A stretch of DNA of 64,000 nucleotides from an uncultured Gemmatimonadales bacterium (lineage in GTDB: Bacteria; Gemmatimonadota; Gemmatimonadetes; Longimicrobiales; RSA9), in NCBI GenBank assembly GCA_963798845.1, contig CAWCUS010000003.1, positions 96,001 through 160,000 on the forward strand, in the 5' to 3' direction. The notes under the pieces are model-generated. The model was not told where the DNA came from and searched no databases. It saw only the letters and a program-made list of their open reading frames with translations. Every line of letters starts with the position of its first letter. Position 1 is the stretch's first letter. Positions 46,288 through 56,408 of the stretch are shown piece by piece. The position numbers and the translations under genes were made by a program.

Positions 46288-47448
46288 ATGCTGGAAGCCG
46301 CATTTCGCGGGGGCAGGCGATACTGGCTGCTGATGGCAGTGTGGGTGATCCTCGTTGCCATCGGCGTGCTGGCCTACACCCGGCAGTTCACCGAGGGGCT
46401 CACCATCACGGGCATGAGCCGGGACGTCAGCTGGGGGCTCTACATCGCCCAGTTCACGTTCCTGGTGGGCGTGGCCGCCTCCGCCGTCATGGTGGTGCTC
46501 CCGTACTACCTGCACGACTACAAGACCTTCGGGAAGCTCGTGATCCTGGGCGAGTTCCTGGCCGTGTCCGCCGTGCTCATGTGCATGGCGTTCATCTTCG
46601 TGGACATGGGCCAGCCGACCCGCGTGCTCAACATCTTCCTCCACCCCACGCCGAATTCGGTGATGTTCTGGGACAGCATGGTCCTGTTCGGCTATCTGCT
46701 CCTCAACCTGGTCATCGGAACGACCACGTTCGACGCCGAGCGGAAGGGCGGACCGCCGCCCCGGTGGGTGAAGCCGCTCATCTACCTGTCCATTCCTTGG
46801 GCGGTGAGCATCCACACGGTCACGGCGTTCCTGTACTCCGGCCTCGAGGCCCGCACCTTCTGGATGACGGCGATCCTGGCGCCGCGTTTCCTGGCGTCCG
46901 CCTTCGCCTCGGGTCCGAGCCTGCTCATCCTCCTGGCCGTCCTGCTCCGGCACACCACGAAGTTCGATGCGGGGCAGAAGGCCATCGGGAAGCTGGCCGT
47001 GATCGTCACCTATGCCATGACCATCAACCTGTTTTTCGTGGTCGTGGAGCTCTTCACCGGGCTGTACAGCGACATGCCCGGCCACATGCGCGCGTTCCAG
47101 TACCTGTACACCGGTCTCGAAGGGCACCAGGCCCTCGTCCCGTGGATGTGGACCAACGCGCTGCTGACCCTCGCCTGCGTGAGCCTGCTGCTGGTGCCGG
47201 CCGTGCGCCGCCGCGAGGGCTTGCTGGCCGCCACGGCAGCGGCGGTGATCGTCGCCGTGTGGATCGAGAAGGGTATGGGCCTCGTGATCGGGGGCTTTAT
47301 CCCCAACCCCCTCGGACACGTGACGGAGTACACTCCCACCCTTCCGGAGATCGCCATCACCGTGGGCGTCTACGCGATGGGATTCATGATCCTGACCCTG
47401 CTGGTCCGGATCGTCGTGAACGTGAGAGAGGCACTCGAAGCGGCCTGA
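46288..47448 (+). CDS. dsrP: DsrP (NrfD family)
   Basis: TGMSRDVSWGLYIAQFTF, AVSIHTVTAFLY and LAPRFLASAF. Confidence 0.94.
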   Translation: MLEAAFRGGRRYWLLMAVWVILVAIGVLAYTRQFTEGLTITGMSRDVSWGLYIAQFTFLVGVAASAVMVVLPYYLHDYKTFGKLVILGEFLAVSAVLMCMAFIFVDMGQPTRVLNIFLHPTPNSVMFWDSMVLFGYLLLNLVIGTTTFDAERKGGPPPRWVKPLIYLSIPWAVSIHTVTAFLYSGLEARTFWMTAILAPRFLASAFASGPSLLILLAVLLRHTTKFDAGQKAIGKLAVIVTYAMTINLFFVVVELFTGLYSDMPGHMRAFQYLYTGLEGHQALVPWMWTNALLTLACVSLLLVPAVRRREGLLAATAAAVIVAVWIEKGMGLVIGGFIPNPLGHVTEYTPTLPEIAITVGVYAMGFMILTLLVRIVVNVREALEAA

Positions 47449-47494
47449 CACGGGGGTGTCAGAGGACCGCCCCGATACCTGAAAGGAGATCAGG

Positions 47495-48736
47495 ATGGCA
47501 GACGCCAAGCGCACCGGCACCCCGCTCCTCGATGAGCTGGACAAGGGCCCGTGGCCTTCGTTCGTCCGGCAGATCAAGGAGATGGCCAATGAAAAGGAGC
47601 AGTGCCAGCAGTTGCTGGAGCTGCTCGAGCGCTCCTACGAGGAGAAGAAAGGCCACTGGAAGCACGGCGGCATCGTCGGCGTGATGGGGTACGGCGGTGG
47701 CGTCATCGGGCGCTACAACGACGACCCCGAGACCTACCCGGCCATCGCGCACTTCCACACGCTGCGCGTGAACCAGCCGAGCGGCTGGTTCTACACCGCG
47801 GACGTGCTGAAGAAGATCTGCGACATCTGGGACGAGCACGGCTCCGGTCTGACCAACATGCACGGCTCCACGGGTGACATGGTGCTCCTGGGCACCACGA
47901 CCGACGAGCTCGAGCCCACCTTCGCCGCGCTGTCGGAGATCGACTTCGACCTGGGCGGGAGCGGCTCGGACGTGCGCACGCCGAGCGCGTGCGTGGGCCC
48001 GGCCCGTTGTGAGTGGGCGTGCTACGACACGCTCGACCTGTGCAACGACCTGACGCAGACGTATCAGGACGAGCTGCACCGGCCTGCGTTCCCGTACAAG
48101 TGGAAGTTCAAGTGCTCGGGCTGCCCGAACGACTGCGTGGCGTCGATCGCCCGCAGCGACATGTCCATCATCGGGACGTGGCGGGACGACATCCGCATCG
48201 ATGCCGACGCGGTGACGGCCTATGCCGCCTCCGGGATGAACATCGAGCGGGACGTGTGCGGCAACTGCCCGACCAAGTGCATGGACTGGGACGGCGAGAA
48301 GCTGGAGATCGACAACAGCAACTGCGTCAAGTGCATGCACTGCATCAACGCAATGCCGAAGGCGCTGCGGCCCGGGGTGGACACGGGTGCCACGATCCTG
48401 GTCGGCGCGAAGGCGCCCATCGTGGAGGGAGCGCAGCTCGCGTCGGTGATGGTGCCGTTCATGAAGATGGAGCCGCCGTACGAGGAGCTGAAGGACCTCA
48501 CCGAGCGGATCTGGGACTTCTGGGGCGAGAACGGAAAGAACCGCGAGCGCGTGGGCGAGCTGATCCAGCGCGTGGGCCTCGGCAACTTCCTGGAGGCCAT
48601 CGAGGTGGAGCCGATCCCGCAGATGATCGCCCACCCGAGGGACAACCCGTACGTGTTCTACGACGAATACTACGAGGAAGAAGAAGAGGAAGAGGTGGAG
48701 GAAGCGCCGGAAGCCGTGCCCGCGGGAGGGGCGTGA
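47495..48736 (+). CDS. dsrA: Dissimilatory sulfite reductase alpha subunit
   Basis: [31 protein letters not shown] and [11 protein letters not shown]. Confidence 0.98.
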   Translation: MADAKRTGTPLLDELDKGPWPSFVRQIKEMANEKEQCQQLLELLERSYEEKKGHWKHGGIVGVMGYGGGVIGRYNDDPETYPAIAHFHTLRVNQPSGWFYTADVLKKICDIWDEHGSGLTNMHGSTGDMVLLGTTTDELEPTFAALSEIDFDLGGSGSDVRTPSACVGPARCEWACYDTLDLCNDLTQTYQDELHRPAFPYKWKFKCSGCPNDCVASIARSDMSIIGTWRDDIRIDADAVTAYAASGMNIERDVCGNCPTKCMDWDGEKLEIDNSNCVKCMHCINAMPKALRPGVDTGATILVGAKAPIVEGAQLASVMVPFMKMEPPYEELKDLTERIWDFWGENGKNRERVGELIQRVGLGNFLEAIEVEPIPQMIAHPRDNPYVFYDEYYEEEEEEEVEEAPEAVPAGGA

Positions 48737-48793
48737 GCACCCGGGTCATCACCGTCAACCGCGCGTTGAACCACAGAACTTGAGGAGAAATCG

Positions 48794-49873
48794 ATGTCGA
48801 CGGTACAAAGAAGGACCGATTTCGGGCCCCCCGATTTCCGGCGCTTCCTCCCGCCCGTGATCAAGGAGAACTACGGGAAGTGGAAGTACCACGAGATCCT
48901 GAGGCCCGGCGTGATGGTGCACGTGGCCGAGTCCGGCGACGAACTCATCACCGTCCGCGCGGGCTCGCCGCGGCTGCTGAGCACGAAGCGGATCCGGATG
49001 TATTCGGATCTGGCCGAGAAGTACTGTGACGGCTTCCTCCGCTTCACCAGCCGCCACAACGTGGAGTTCCTGCTCACGAAGCGGGAGAACATCGAGCCGC
49101 TGATCGCGGACCTGGCGGCGATCGGGCATCCGGTGGGCGGGATCGGCCCGGCGATCTCGAGCATCGTGCACACGCAGGGATGGGTGCACTGCCACTCGGC
49201 GGCGACGGACGCCAGTGGTGTCGTGAAGGCCGTGATGGATGACCTGCACGAGTTCTTCGACGGGACCCGGCCGATCCCCGGGAAGCTGCGCGTCGCTCTG
49301 GCGTGCTGCCTGAACATGTGCGGTGCCGTGCACTGCTCGGACATCGCGATCCTCGGCGTGCACCGTCGCCCGCCGAAGGTGCAGGACGACAACCTCAACA
49401 AGCTGTGCGAGATCCCGAACGTCATCGCGGCCTGCCCGACGGCGGCCATTCGCCCGGCGACGAAGAACGGGAAGCCGACGGTGGAGATCGATGAAGAGAA
49501 CTGCATGTTCTGCGCGAACTGCTTCTCGGTCTGCCCGGCGCTGCCGATCGCCGACCCGCTCAACGACGGTGTGAGCATCTGGGTGGGCGGCAAGGTGTCG
49601 AACGCGCGGCGTGAGCCGATGTTCTCCAAGCTCGCGATCCCCTTCATCGAGAACGAGCCGCCGCGTTGGCCCTCGGTGGTGAAGGCCGTCCGCAAGATCG
49701 TGGAGGTGTGGGCGGACGGCGCCCGGCCTTACGAGCGTGTGGGCGAGTTCATCGAGCGGATCGGCTGGCCGAAGTTCTTCGAGCTGGCGGAGATCGAGTT
49801 CACCAAGCAGCACATCGATGATTACCGCTACGCCGGCCTGACGTACAAGCGCTCTGCGCAACTCAGGCACTAG
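48794..49873 (+). CDS. dsrB: Dissimilatory sulfite reductase beta subunit
   Basis: [31 protein letters not shown] and CMFCANC. Confidence 0.98.
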   Translation: MSTVQRRTDFGPPDFRRFLPPVIKENYGKWKYHEILRPGVMVHVAESGDELITVRAGSPRLLSTKRIRMYSDLAEKYCDGFLRFTSRHNVEFLLTKRENIEPLIADLAAIGHPVGGIGPAISSIVHTQGWVHCHSAATDASGVVKAVMDDLHEFFDGTRPIPGKLRVALACCLNMCGAVHCSDIAILGVHRRPPKVQDDNLNKLCEIPNVIAACPTAAIRPATKNGKPTVEIDEENCMFCANCFSVCPALPIADPLNDGVSIWVGGKVSNARREPMFSKLAIPFIENEPPRWPSVVKAVRKIVEVWADGARPYERVGEFIERIGWPKFFELAEIEFTKQHIDDYRYAGLTYKRSAQLRH

Positions 49874-49882
49874 GAGGAAGCA

Positions 49883-50134
49883 ATGGCTGTCACCACTGAA
49901 CAGGTCGCCGACGCCATGTACCAGCTGGTGAGCGAATACCAGGGGAAGAAGAAGTTCAAGGCCCTGGACCTCACCAAGGCGATGAAGGAGAAGTTCGGCG
50001 CCGAGGCCGACCGGAACGTGTGCAAGAACGCCATCCGCAGCCTGATCGACTCGGGCCGGTGCGTCTACACGTACTTCGGCGGCAGCTACATCGAGGTTCC
50101 GCACACGGAAGGGGCAGCAGAAGGCGCCTCCTGA
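49883..50134 (+). CDS. dsrD: DsrD
   Basis: 83-aa winged-helix-like protein (GKKKFK..DL, LIDSGRCVYTYFGGSY) directly after dsrB. Confidence 0.9.
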   Translation: MAVTTEQVADAMYQLVSEYQGKKKFKALDLTKAMKEKFGAEADRNVCKNAIRSLIDSGRCVYTYFGGSYIEVPHTEGAAEGAS

Positions 50135-50272
50135 CCCTTCGGGGCCGGGCCCGTGCGGGAAACCGCGCGGGGCTTCCGGGCGCGGGAATCGGACACCGGG
50201 GCCGCCGTCCGACGTCGGGCGGCGGCGACCGGATAGAACTGAACGATCGTAACCGGTCGCGTGAGGTGACGT

Positions 50273-51949
50273 ATGGCGTTGAAGAAAGTGGTGAAGACGA
50301 AGAAGTCGTTCGGGTCCCGCGGAGGGGGCGGACGCGAGCAGTCACCGCTGCGGCCGAAGCACGTGGAGAAGCGCCCGCCGTGCCAGGACACGTGTCCGAG
50401 CGGCAACCGCATCCGCGAGTTTCTGACCACACTGGCGCAGGCGGAGAAGCTCGGCAAAACCCGGGAGCAGGCGCTCACGGAGGCGTGGGAGATCTACACG
50501 GACACGAGCCCGTTCCCGAGCGTGTGCGGGCGGGTGTGCCCGGCGCCGTGCGAGAGCGAGTGCAACCGCAAGGAGCTGGACGGCGCGCTGAGCGTGAACA
50601 AGGTGGAGCGCGCCATCGGTCAGTGGGGCCTGGAGCAGAACCTCGGTCTCAAGCGGCTGTCGGAGGAAGCCAGGCCGCAGAAGGTGGCGGTGGTGGGGGG
50701 CGGGCCCAGCGGCCTGTCCTGCGCCTATCAGCTGGCACGCCGCGGCTACGCCGTGACGGTGTTCGAAGGCATGGAGAAGGCGGGCGGGATGCTCCGCTAC
50801 GGCATCCCGGGCTACCGGCTGCCGGAGGACGTGCTGGACTCGGAGATCCAGCGGATCCTGGACCTGGGCGTGGAGCTGGAGACGGGGGTGAAGATCGGGC
50901 AGCAGATCACGATGGCCGAGCTGCGCGAGCGCTTCGACGCCGTCTACGTGGCGCTGGGGGCGCAGCAGGGCGTGCGCCTGGGGGTGGAGGGGGAGGACGC
51001 CCCAAACGTGTTCAGCGGCGTGGACTTCCTGAACCGGTTCCATCACGGCGAGAAGCTGGATCTGGGCCCGGATGTCGTCGCCATCGTGGTCGGCGGCGGT
51101 GACACGGCCATCGACGCGGCGCGCATCGCGAAGCGGCTCGGCGCCAACGTCACGGTCCTCTACCGCCGCACGCTGGCCGAGATGCCGGCGGTGAAGGAGG
51201 AGGTCGAGGAGGCCATCGCCGAGGGCGTGAAGGTGGAGTTCCTGGCCGCGCCGCTGGGATTCGTGAAGGAGAACGGCCGGGTGGTGGCCATGCGGGCGAT
51301 CCGGATGGAGCTGGGTGAGCCGGACGCATCCGGCCGCCGGCGCCCCGTGCCCATCGACGGCTCGGAGTTCCAGATCCCGGCCAGCGCGGTGATCTCCGCG
51401 GTGAGCCAGGCCCCGGACTTCACGGGGTTCGAGGACCTCATCGAGGGGAAGGACTGGGTCAAGGTGGACGAGCGCGGCGCAACGAAGGTGGACGGCGTGT
51501 GGGCGGGCGGCGATGTGACGCGCCTGGCGCTGGTCACGGACGCCATCGGCCAGGGCCGTCGCGCGGCGGAGTCCATCGACAGCGCGTTCACGGGCACCCC
51601 GGTGCCGACGGACACGCGCAGGGTGATCCGCACCGACAAGATGCACCTGGACCACTACGCGAAGCAGGTGAGGAACGAGCCGGCCGTGCTCGAGGTGGAC
51701 AAGCGCTTCGAGGCCGTGGACCGGGAAGTGAACCTCGGCCTCACCCTGGACCAGGCCTTCGACGAGGCCACGCGCTGCATGAGCTGCGGCTACTGCTTCG
51801 ACTGCGAGAAGTGCTGGATGTACTGCTCGGAGGCGGGCATCGAAAAGCCGATGACGAAGGGGCAGCTCTACATCTTCAAGCTCGGCACGTGCACCGGCTG
51901 CGCGAAGTGCGCGGACATCTGCCCCTGCGGGTTCATCGAGATGGCATAG
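50273..51949 (+). CDS. dsrL: DsrL NAD(P)H iron-sulfur flavoprotein (short, DsrL-2-like)
   Basis: SPLRP....PPCQ..CPSG, CGRVCPAPCE, GGGPSG, GGGDTA, YRR, RCMSCG.CFDC.KC and CTGC.KC..ICP. Confidence 0.92.
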   Translation: MALKKVVKTKKSFGSRGGGGREQSPLRPKHVEKRPPCQDTCPSGNRIREFLTTLAQAEKLGKTREQALTEAWEIYTDTSPFPSVCGRVCPAPCESECNRKELDGALSVNKVERAIGQWGLEQNLGLKRLSEEARPQKVAVVGGGPSGLSCAYQLARRGYAVTVFEGMEKAGGMLRYGIPGYRLPEDVLDSEIQRILDLGVELETGVKIGQQITMAELRERFDAVYVALGAQQGVRLGVEGEDAPNVFSGVDFLNRFHHGEKLDLGPDVVAIVVGGGDTAIDAARIAKRLGANVTVLYRRTLAEMPAVKEEVEEAIAEGVKVEFLAAPLGFVKENGRVVAMRAIRMELGEPDASGRRRPVPIDGSEFQIPASAVISAVSQAPDFTGFEDLIEGKDWVKVDERGATKVDGVWAGGDVTRLALVTDAIGQGRRAAESIDSAFTGTPVPTDTRRVIRTDKMHLDHYAKQVRNEPAVLEVDKRFEAVDREVNLGLTLDQAFDEATRCMSCGYCFDCEKCWMYCSEAGIEKPMTKGQLYIFKLGTCTGCAKCADICPCGFIEMA

Positions 51950-51953
51950 CGCC

Positions 51954-53387
51954 ATGACGACGCCCCGGGTTCTCGTGGCGGGACTGCGCGGCGGGAGCGG
52001 CAAGACGCTCCTCGCCGTGGGGCTCGAGGACGCGTGGCGTCGCCAGGGGCTGCAGGTGGCTCCTTTCAAGAAGGGGCCCGACTACATCGATGCGGCATGG
52101 TCCTCCTCAGCCGCGGGGAGGCCATGTCGCAATCTCGACCTCTTCCTCCACTCGCCGGACGCAGCGGTGCGCTCTTTCGTGGATGGCGCGGCCGGCGCGG
52201 ACGTGGCCGTGATCGAGGGGAACCGCGGGCTTTTCGACGGCGCCGATGCACGGGGCTCGTACAGCAGCGCGGAGCTGGCGAAGCTGCTGAACGCACCCGT
52301 CGTGCTGGTGGTGGACTGCACAAAGGCGACGCGCACGGTCGCCGCGGCGGTGCTCGGCTGTCGGCATCTCGACCCTGAAGTGGACATCCGGGGCGTGGTG
52401 CTGAACCAGATCTCGGGGCTCCGCCACGAGGAGGTGGTGCGAGCGGCCATTGCGGACGCCACGGGTCTCCCCGTGCTCGGCGCCCTGCCCCGGATCAACG
52501 GCGACATCCTTCCCGAACGTCACCTCGGGCTTCTCCCGCCCGCCGAACACGGGGCACGGGAGGAGGCCGTACGGGAGGTCGGGGAGTTGGCCGAGCGATA
52601 CATGGACCTGGACGAGATCCTCGCCATCGCCCGGCGCGCGCCCGCCCTCGACCGGCCGCTGGAGGTGAGGGCGGCACCGGGACCCGGCCAGGGGGCGGCG
52701 GAGGCGGAGGAAGCTCCGTTCGCCGGCGTTCGGATCGGGGTCTTCCGGGATGCGGCGTTTCAGTTCTACTACCCTGAGAACCTGGAAGCCCTGGAGCGCG
52801 CAGGCGCGGAGCTGGTGGAGATTTCGCCTTTGCGGGACCGGTCCCTGCCGGAGGTGAACGGGTTGTATCTCGGCGGCGGGTTCCCGGAGACGCAGGCGGA
52901 GGGACTGTCGGCGAACCGGACGTTCCGGAGCGCCGTGCGTGACGCGGCGATGGCGGGGATGCCGATGTACGCGGAGTGCGGCGGCGCCGTCTACCTGGGC
53001 CAGGATCTGGACTACCGGGGGGGCCGGTATCCGATGGTGGGCGTGTTCCCGGTGGCGTTCGGATTTCAGGAGCGCCCTCGTGGTCACGGCTATGCGGTCC
53101 TGGAAGCGGTCGAGCAGAACCCGTACTACGGCGTGGGGGACGAACTCCGCGGCCACGAGTTCCACTACACCTTCATGCGCGCGGCGCCGGTGATGGAGCT
53201 CACGTTCGCTTTCCGGGTGCGCCGAGGGTACGGCTTCGATGGCGAGCATGACGGGCTCTGCCGCCACAACGTGATGGCCTGCTACACCCACATTCACGCG
53301 CTCACGGTGCCGCAGTGGGCTCCCGCACTGGTGCGGGCGGCCGGGCAGTTCCGGTGGGCTTCGATCGCGGCCGTCGCGGCGCGATGA
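51954..53387 (+). CDS. dsrN: Siroheme a-amide synthase DsrN (CbiA/CobB family)
   Basis: GGSGKT, FKKGPDYID, IEGNRGLFDG, ERHLGL, YAECGG and GHEFHY. Confidence 0.92.
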   Translation: MTTPRVLVAGLRGGSGKTLLAVGLEDAWRRQGLQVAPFKKGPDYIDAAWSSSAAGRPCRNLDLFLHSPDAAVRSFVDGAAGADVAVIEGNRGLFDGADARGSYSSAELAKLLNAPVVLVVDCTKATRTVAAAVLGCRHLDPEVDIRGVVLNQISGLRHEEVVRAAIADATGLPVLGALPRINGDILPERHLGLLPPAEHGAREEAVREVGELAERYMDLDEILAIARRAPALDRPLEVRAAPGPGQGAAEAEEAPFAGVRIGVFRDAAFQFYYPENLEALERAGAELVEISPLRDRSLPEVNGLYLGGGFPETQAEGLSANRTFRSAVRDAAMAGMPMYAECGGAVYLGQDLDYRGGRYPMVGVFPVAFGFQERPRGHGYAVLEAVEQNPYYGVGDELRGHEFHYTFMRAAPVMELTFAFRVRRGYGFDGEHDGLCRHNVMACYTHIHALTVPQWAPALVRAAGQFRWASIAAVAAR

Positions 53388-53400
53388 GTGGAGACGCAGC

Positions 53401-54054
53401 ATGGCGATCATCACCATCTCGCGTGGATCTCTCAGCGGTGGCCGAATCGTGGCAGAGTGCCTTGCCGAGCACCTGGGCTACCCGTGCGTGGCCCACGAAG
53501 TCCTGCGCGGCGCCGCCCGGCGGCTGGGGCTCGCGGAAGACGTGGTCCGCGAGAAGTTCGAGACCCCTCCTCGCCTCTGGTCGCGGCTGAGCCGCGACCG
53601 GGAGGTCTACCTGCTGGCCGTCAAAACGGCCCTCGCCGACAAGTGCCTGGACGGCTGCCTGGTGTACCACGGCCCCGCTGGACAGTTCTTCCTCGCCGGG
53701 GTCCCCTGCGTGCTCTCCGTCCGGCTGATCGCTCCGCTGCAGCAGCGGGTGCGGGCGCTGACCGGCCCGCATCACCGGCTCACGCGCAAAGCCGCCCTCG
53801 AGTTCATCGAGAACGTGGACGAGGAGCGGCGGCGCTGGGCGCGGTTGATGTTCGGGGCGGACGTCGAGGATCCGTCGCTGTACGACCTCACGGTGAACCA
53901 GCGCTTCCTCTCGGTGGAGACCGCGTGCGTCGCGGTCGCCGAGGCCGCGGGTCAGCCGGAGTTTCAGGTCACCGACGAGGCGCTCTCCGAGCTCACTTCG
54001 TTCGCGGCATCGTGTCACGACCGGCTGGACGCTCTCCTGGACGGAGAGGAGTGA
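53401..54054 (+). CDS. Cytidylate-kinase-like family protein
   Basis: MAIITISRGSLSGG, VYHG, VRLIAP and YDLTVN. Confidence 0.8.
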   Translation: MAIITISRGSLSGGRIVAECLAEHLGYPCVAHEVLRGAARRLGLAEDVVREKFETPPRLWSRLSRDREVYLLAVKTALADKCLDGCLVYHGPAGQFFLAGVPCVLSVRLIAPLQQRVRALTGPHHRLTRKAALEFIENVDEERRRWARLMFGADVEDPSLYDLTVNQRFLSVETACVAVAEAAGQPEFQVTDEALSELTSFAASCHDRLDALLDGEE

Positions 54055-54057
54055 GCC

Positions 54058-54876
54058 ATGGCCATCATCGCCATCTGCCGGGGCAGCAAGAGCGGTGGGG
54101 GGGCCATGGCCCGCTGCCTGGCGGACGGCCTCGGCTATCCGATCCTCGGGCGGGAGATCGTGCAGGACGCCGCCGCAGAGCTGGGGGTGCCGGCGCAGCT
54201 GCTGGAGCAGCGGATGGACGCCCGTCCCACGCTCTGGAGCCGGTTCTCGAGCCTGAGGCGGACGTACATGGTGGCCGTACAGGCCGCGATGGCGGAGTAC
54301 GTGGTGGAGGGCGATCTGGTCTACCACGGGCTGGCGGGAGGTCTCCTGCTGCGCGGACTTCCGGCCACGCTGTCGCTGCGCCTGATCGCGCCCCTGGAGT
54401 ACAGGAAGCGGGCGGTCGTCGCGGCATCCGAAATGGATGACGCCATGGCCGAGGCCTACGTCCGGGAGCTGGACGAGACGCGTGGGCAATGGGTGAAGGT
54501 GATGTACGGAGAGGACATCGCCGATCCGAGGCTTTTCGACATGGTGGTGAGCCTGGGCAAGCTGACCATCGAGGGGGCGTGCGCAGTGGTGGTGAAGACC
54601 ATCCAGCGTCCCGAGTACCAGATCACCGAGGAGGTCCGGGCGCGGCTGATGGACTTCCGGTCCGCCTGCCGGGTGAAGCTCGCCCTGGTTCGTGACAGCG
54701 AGCTGAGCGGGCTGGACCTGGACGCCGCCGTGGAGGACGGCGCGGTGGTGATCACCGGAGAAGCACCGCTGCTGAAGGGTGGACGGACGGGGAACCGCAT
54801 CGTGGAGCTGGCCCGCTCGGTCCCGGGCGTGGACGAGGTCCGGCTCAAGGTGGAGTGGTTCGACCCTTACCCGTAG
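54058..54876 (+). CDS. Cytidylate-kinase-like family protein with BON-like domain
   Basis: MAIIAICRGSKSGG, VYHG and LRLIAP. C-terminal DGAVVITG...VPGVDEV. Confidence 0.8.
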   Translation: MAIIAICRGSKSGGGAMARCLADGLGYPILGREIVQDAAAELGVPAQLLEQRMDARPTLWSRFSSLRRTYMVAVQAAMAEYVVEGDLVYHGLAGGLLLRGLPATLSLRLIAPLEYRKRAVVAASEMDDAMAEAYVRELDETRGQWVKVMYGEDIADPRLFDMVVSLGKLTIEGACAVVVKTIQRPEYQITEEVRARLMDFRSACRVKLALVRDSELSGLDLDAAVEDGAVVITGEAPLLKGGRTGNRIVELARSVPGVDEVRLKVEWFDPYP

Positions 54877-54934
54877 GCGAACAATGTTCCGGCCCGTCCG
54901 CCGCAGGAGCGGCGAGCGGCCAGGAGTGAGCGAT

Positions 54935-55933
54935 ATGTCGTACCAGCGCTACGTTTGCGCCGCAGGGAGCGTCATTCCGGTCACGCTCGCGCTCCTGCTC
55001 TGTGCCGTTGCGCCCGTGGTCGCACAGCACGCGGCGCAGGACGCCACGGAGCTCGCCGCCATGCAGGCTGCGGTGAGCGAGCACGCCTGGTGGTTCTGGC
55101 CGGCCGTGCTGTTCGGGATGACGTTCGTCATGGGCATACTGGCGGCAGTGGCCGGCGTGGGCGGCGGCGTGCTCTTCGTCCCCATCGTCAGCGGCTTCTG
55201 CCCGTTCCACCTGGACTTCGTGCGCGGCACCGGTCTGCTGGTGGCGATGTCCGGTGCGCTGGCGGCGGGCCCCGGTTTCCTGCGCATGAATCTGGCCAGC
55301 CTGCGCCTGGCCATGCCCGTGGCGCTCATCGCCTCCGCGTGCGCCATAGCGGGCGCCATGGTGGGGCTGGCACTCCCAACCAACGTGGTCCAGACTGCGC
55401 TGGGGGCGTCCATTCTCGGCATCGTGGTGATCATGATCCGGGCGAAGAAGTCCGCATTCCCCGTGGTGGCGCGTGCGGACCGGCTGTCCACGGCGCTGGG
55501 CATCTCGGGCGTCTACATGGAGGCAAGCCTCGGGCGCGAAGTGGACTGGAAGATCCATCGCACGCTGCCGGGGCTGATCCTGTTCATCGCCATCGGCTTC
55601 ATGGCCGGCATGTTCGGCCTGGGCGCGGGGTGGGCCAACGTCCCCGTGCTGAACCTGCTGCTGGGCGCGCCGCTCAAGGTGAGCGTGGCCACCAGCAAGT
55701 TCCTCCTGTCCATCACAGACACGTCCGCCGCCTGGATCTACCTGAACCAGGGGTGCGTCATCCCCCTGCTCGTGGTTCCCTCTCTCGTCGGGATCATGCT
55801 CGGGTCCTTCGTGGGCGTGCGCGTGCTCAAGGTGGCGAAGCCGGCTTTCGTTCGCTGGATGGTCATCGCGCTCCTGATCTTCTCGGGAGCAAAGGCGATG
55901 ACGAAGGGTCTCGGACTTCCGTTCTTCTTCTGA
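54935..55933 (+). CDS. TauE/SafE family transporter
   Basis: AGVGGGVLFVP, GLGAGWANVP and VATSKF. Start ATG 54935 after AGGAG. Confidence 0.88.
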   Translation: MSYQRYVCAAGSVIPVTLALLLCAVAPVVAQHAAQDATELAAMQAAVSEHAWWFWPAVLFGMTFVMGILAAVAGVGGGVLFVPIVSGFCPFHLDFVRGTGLLVAMSGALAAGPGFLRMNLASLRLAMPVALIASACAIAGAMVGLALPTNVVQTALGASILGIVVIMIRAKKSAFPVVARADRLSTALGISGVYMEASLGREVDWKIHRTLPGLILFIAIGFMAGMFGLGAGWANVPVLNLLLGAPLKVSVATSKFLLSITDTSAAWIYLNQGCVIPLLVVPSLVGIMLGSFVGVRVLKVAKPAFVRWMVIALLIFSGAKAMTKGLGLPFFF

Positions 55934-55958
55934 CCCGGGACAAGCGGGAGGTGCAGCG

Positions 55959-56408
55959 ATGAGCGAACCGACACGGAGCGCCCGGCCGAGCGAAGAGCAG
56001 CGCCTCTACGCCACGATCCTGGCCGCCGGCATGTACACGGGGCTGGCGCTGCTGCTGATCACCTTCGCCCTCTACATCTTCGGCGTGATCGAGCCGGCCG
56101 TGCCGGTGGACCGGCTGGAGACGTACTGGACGCTGAGCGTGGACCGCTTCAACGAAGTGATCAACGCGGAGTACCTGCACCGCGACCACGCGCTGAGCGG
56201 CTGGTGGTGGCTGTCGGCGCTGGGACGGGGCGACTACCTGAACCTCGTCGGTATCGCCGTCCTCTCCGGCGTGACGGTGCTCTGCTTCATCGGCATCATC
56301 CCGGTCCTCATCCGGAAGCGGGACTGGGTCTACGCCGCCATCGCGGTCGTCGAGGTGCTGATCCTCGTGCTGGCGGCCAGCGGCATCCTGGCCGTGGGCG
56401 GGCACTGA
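55959..56408 (+). CDS. DUF1634-like membrane protein (TauE partner)
   Basis: Three TM segments, EQ..YA, GW.WL...GDYLN..GIA.L and C-terminal LAASGIL..GH. Confidence 0.75.
   Translation: MSEPTRSARPSEEQRLYATILAAGMYTGLALLLITFALYIFGVIEPAVPVDRLETYWTLSVDRFNEVINAEYLHRDHALSGWWWLSALGRGDYLNLVGIAVLSGVTVLCFIGIIPVLIRKRDWVYAAIAVVEVLILVLAASGILAVGGH

Noticed and set aside
54052..54060. In-frame TGA-GCC-ATG between tandem CMK-like genes (also TGA-CCC-ATG between the hmcF- and hmcE-like genes at 23772-23780) as selenocysteine or readthrough
   Set aside because: The TGA is not at a conserved Cys position, I recognised no SECIS-like hairpin, and each downstream gene has its own RBS.
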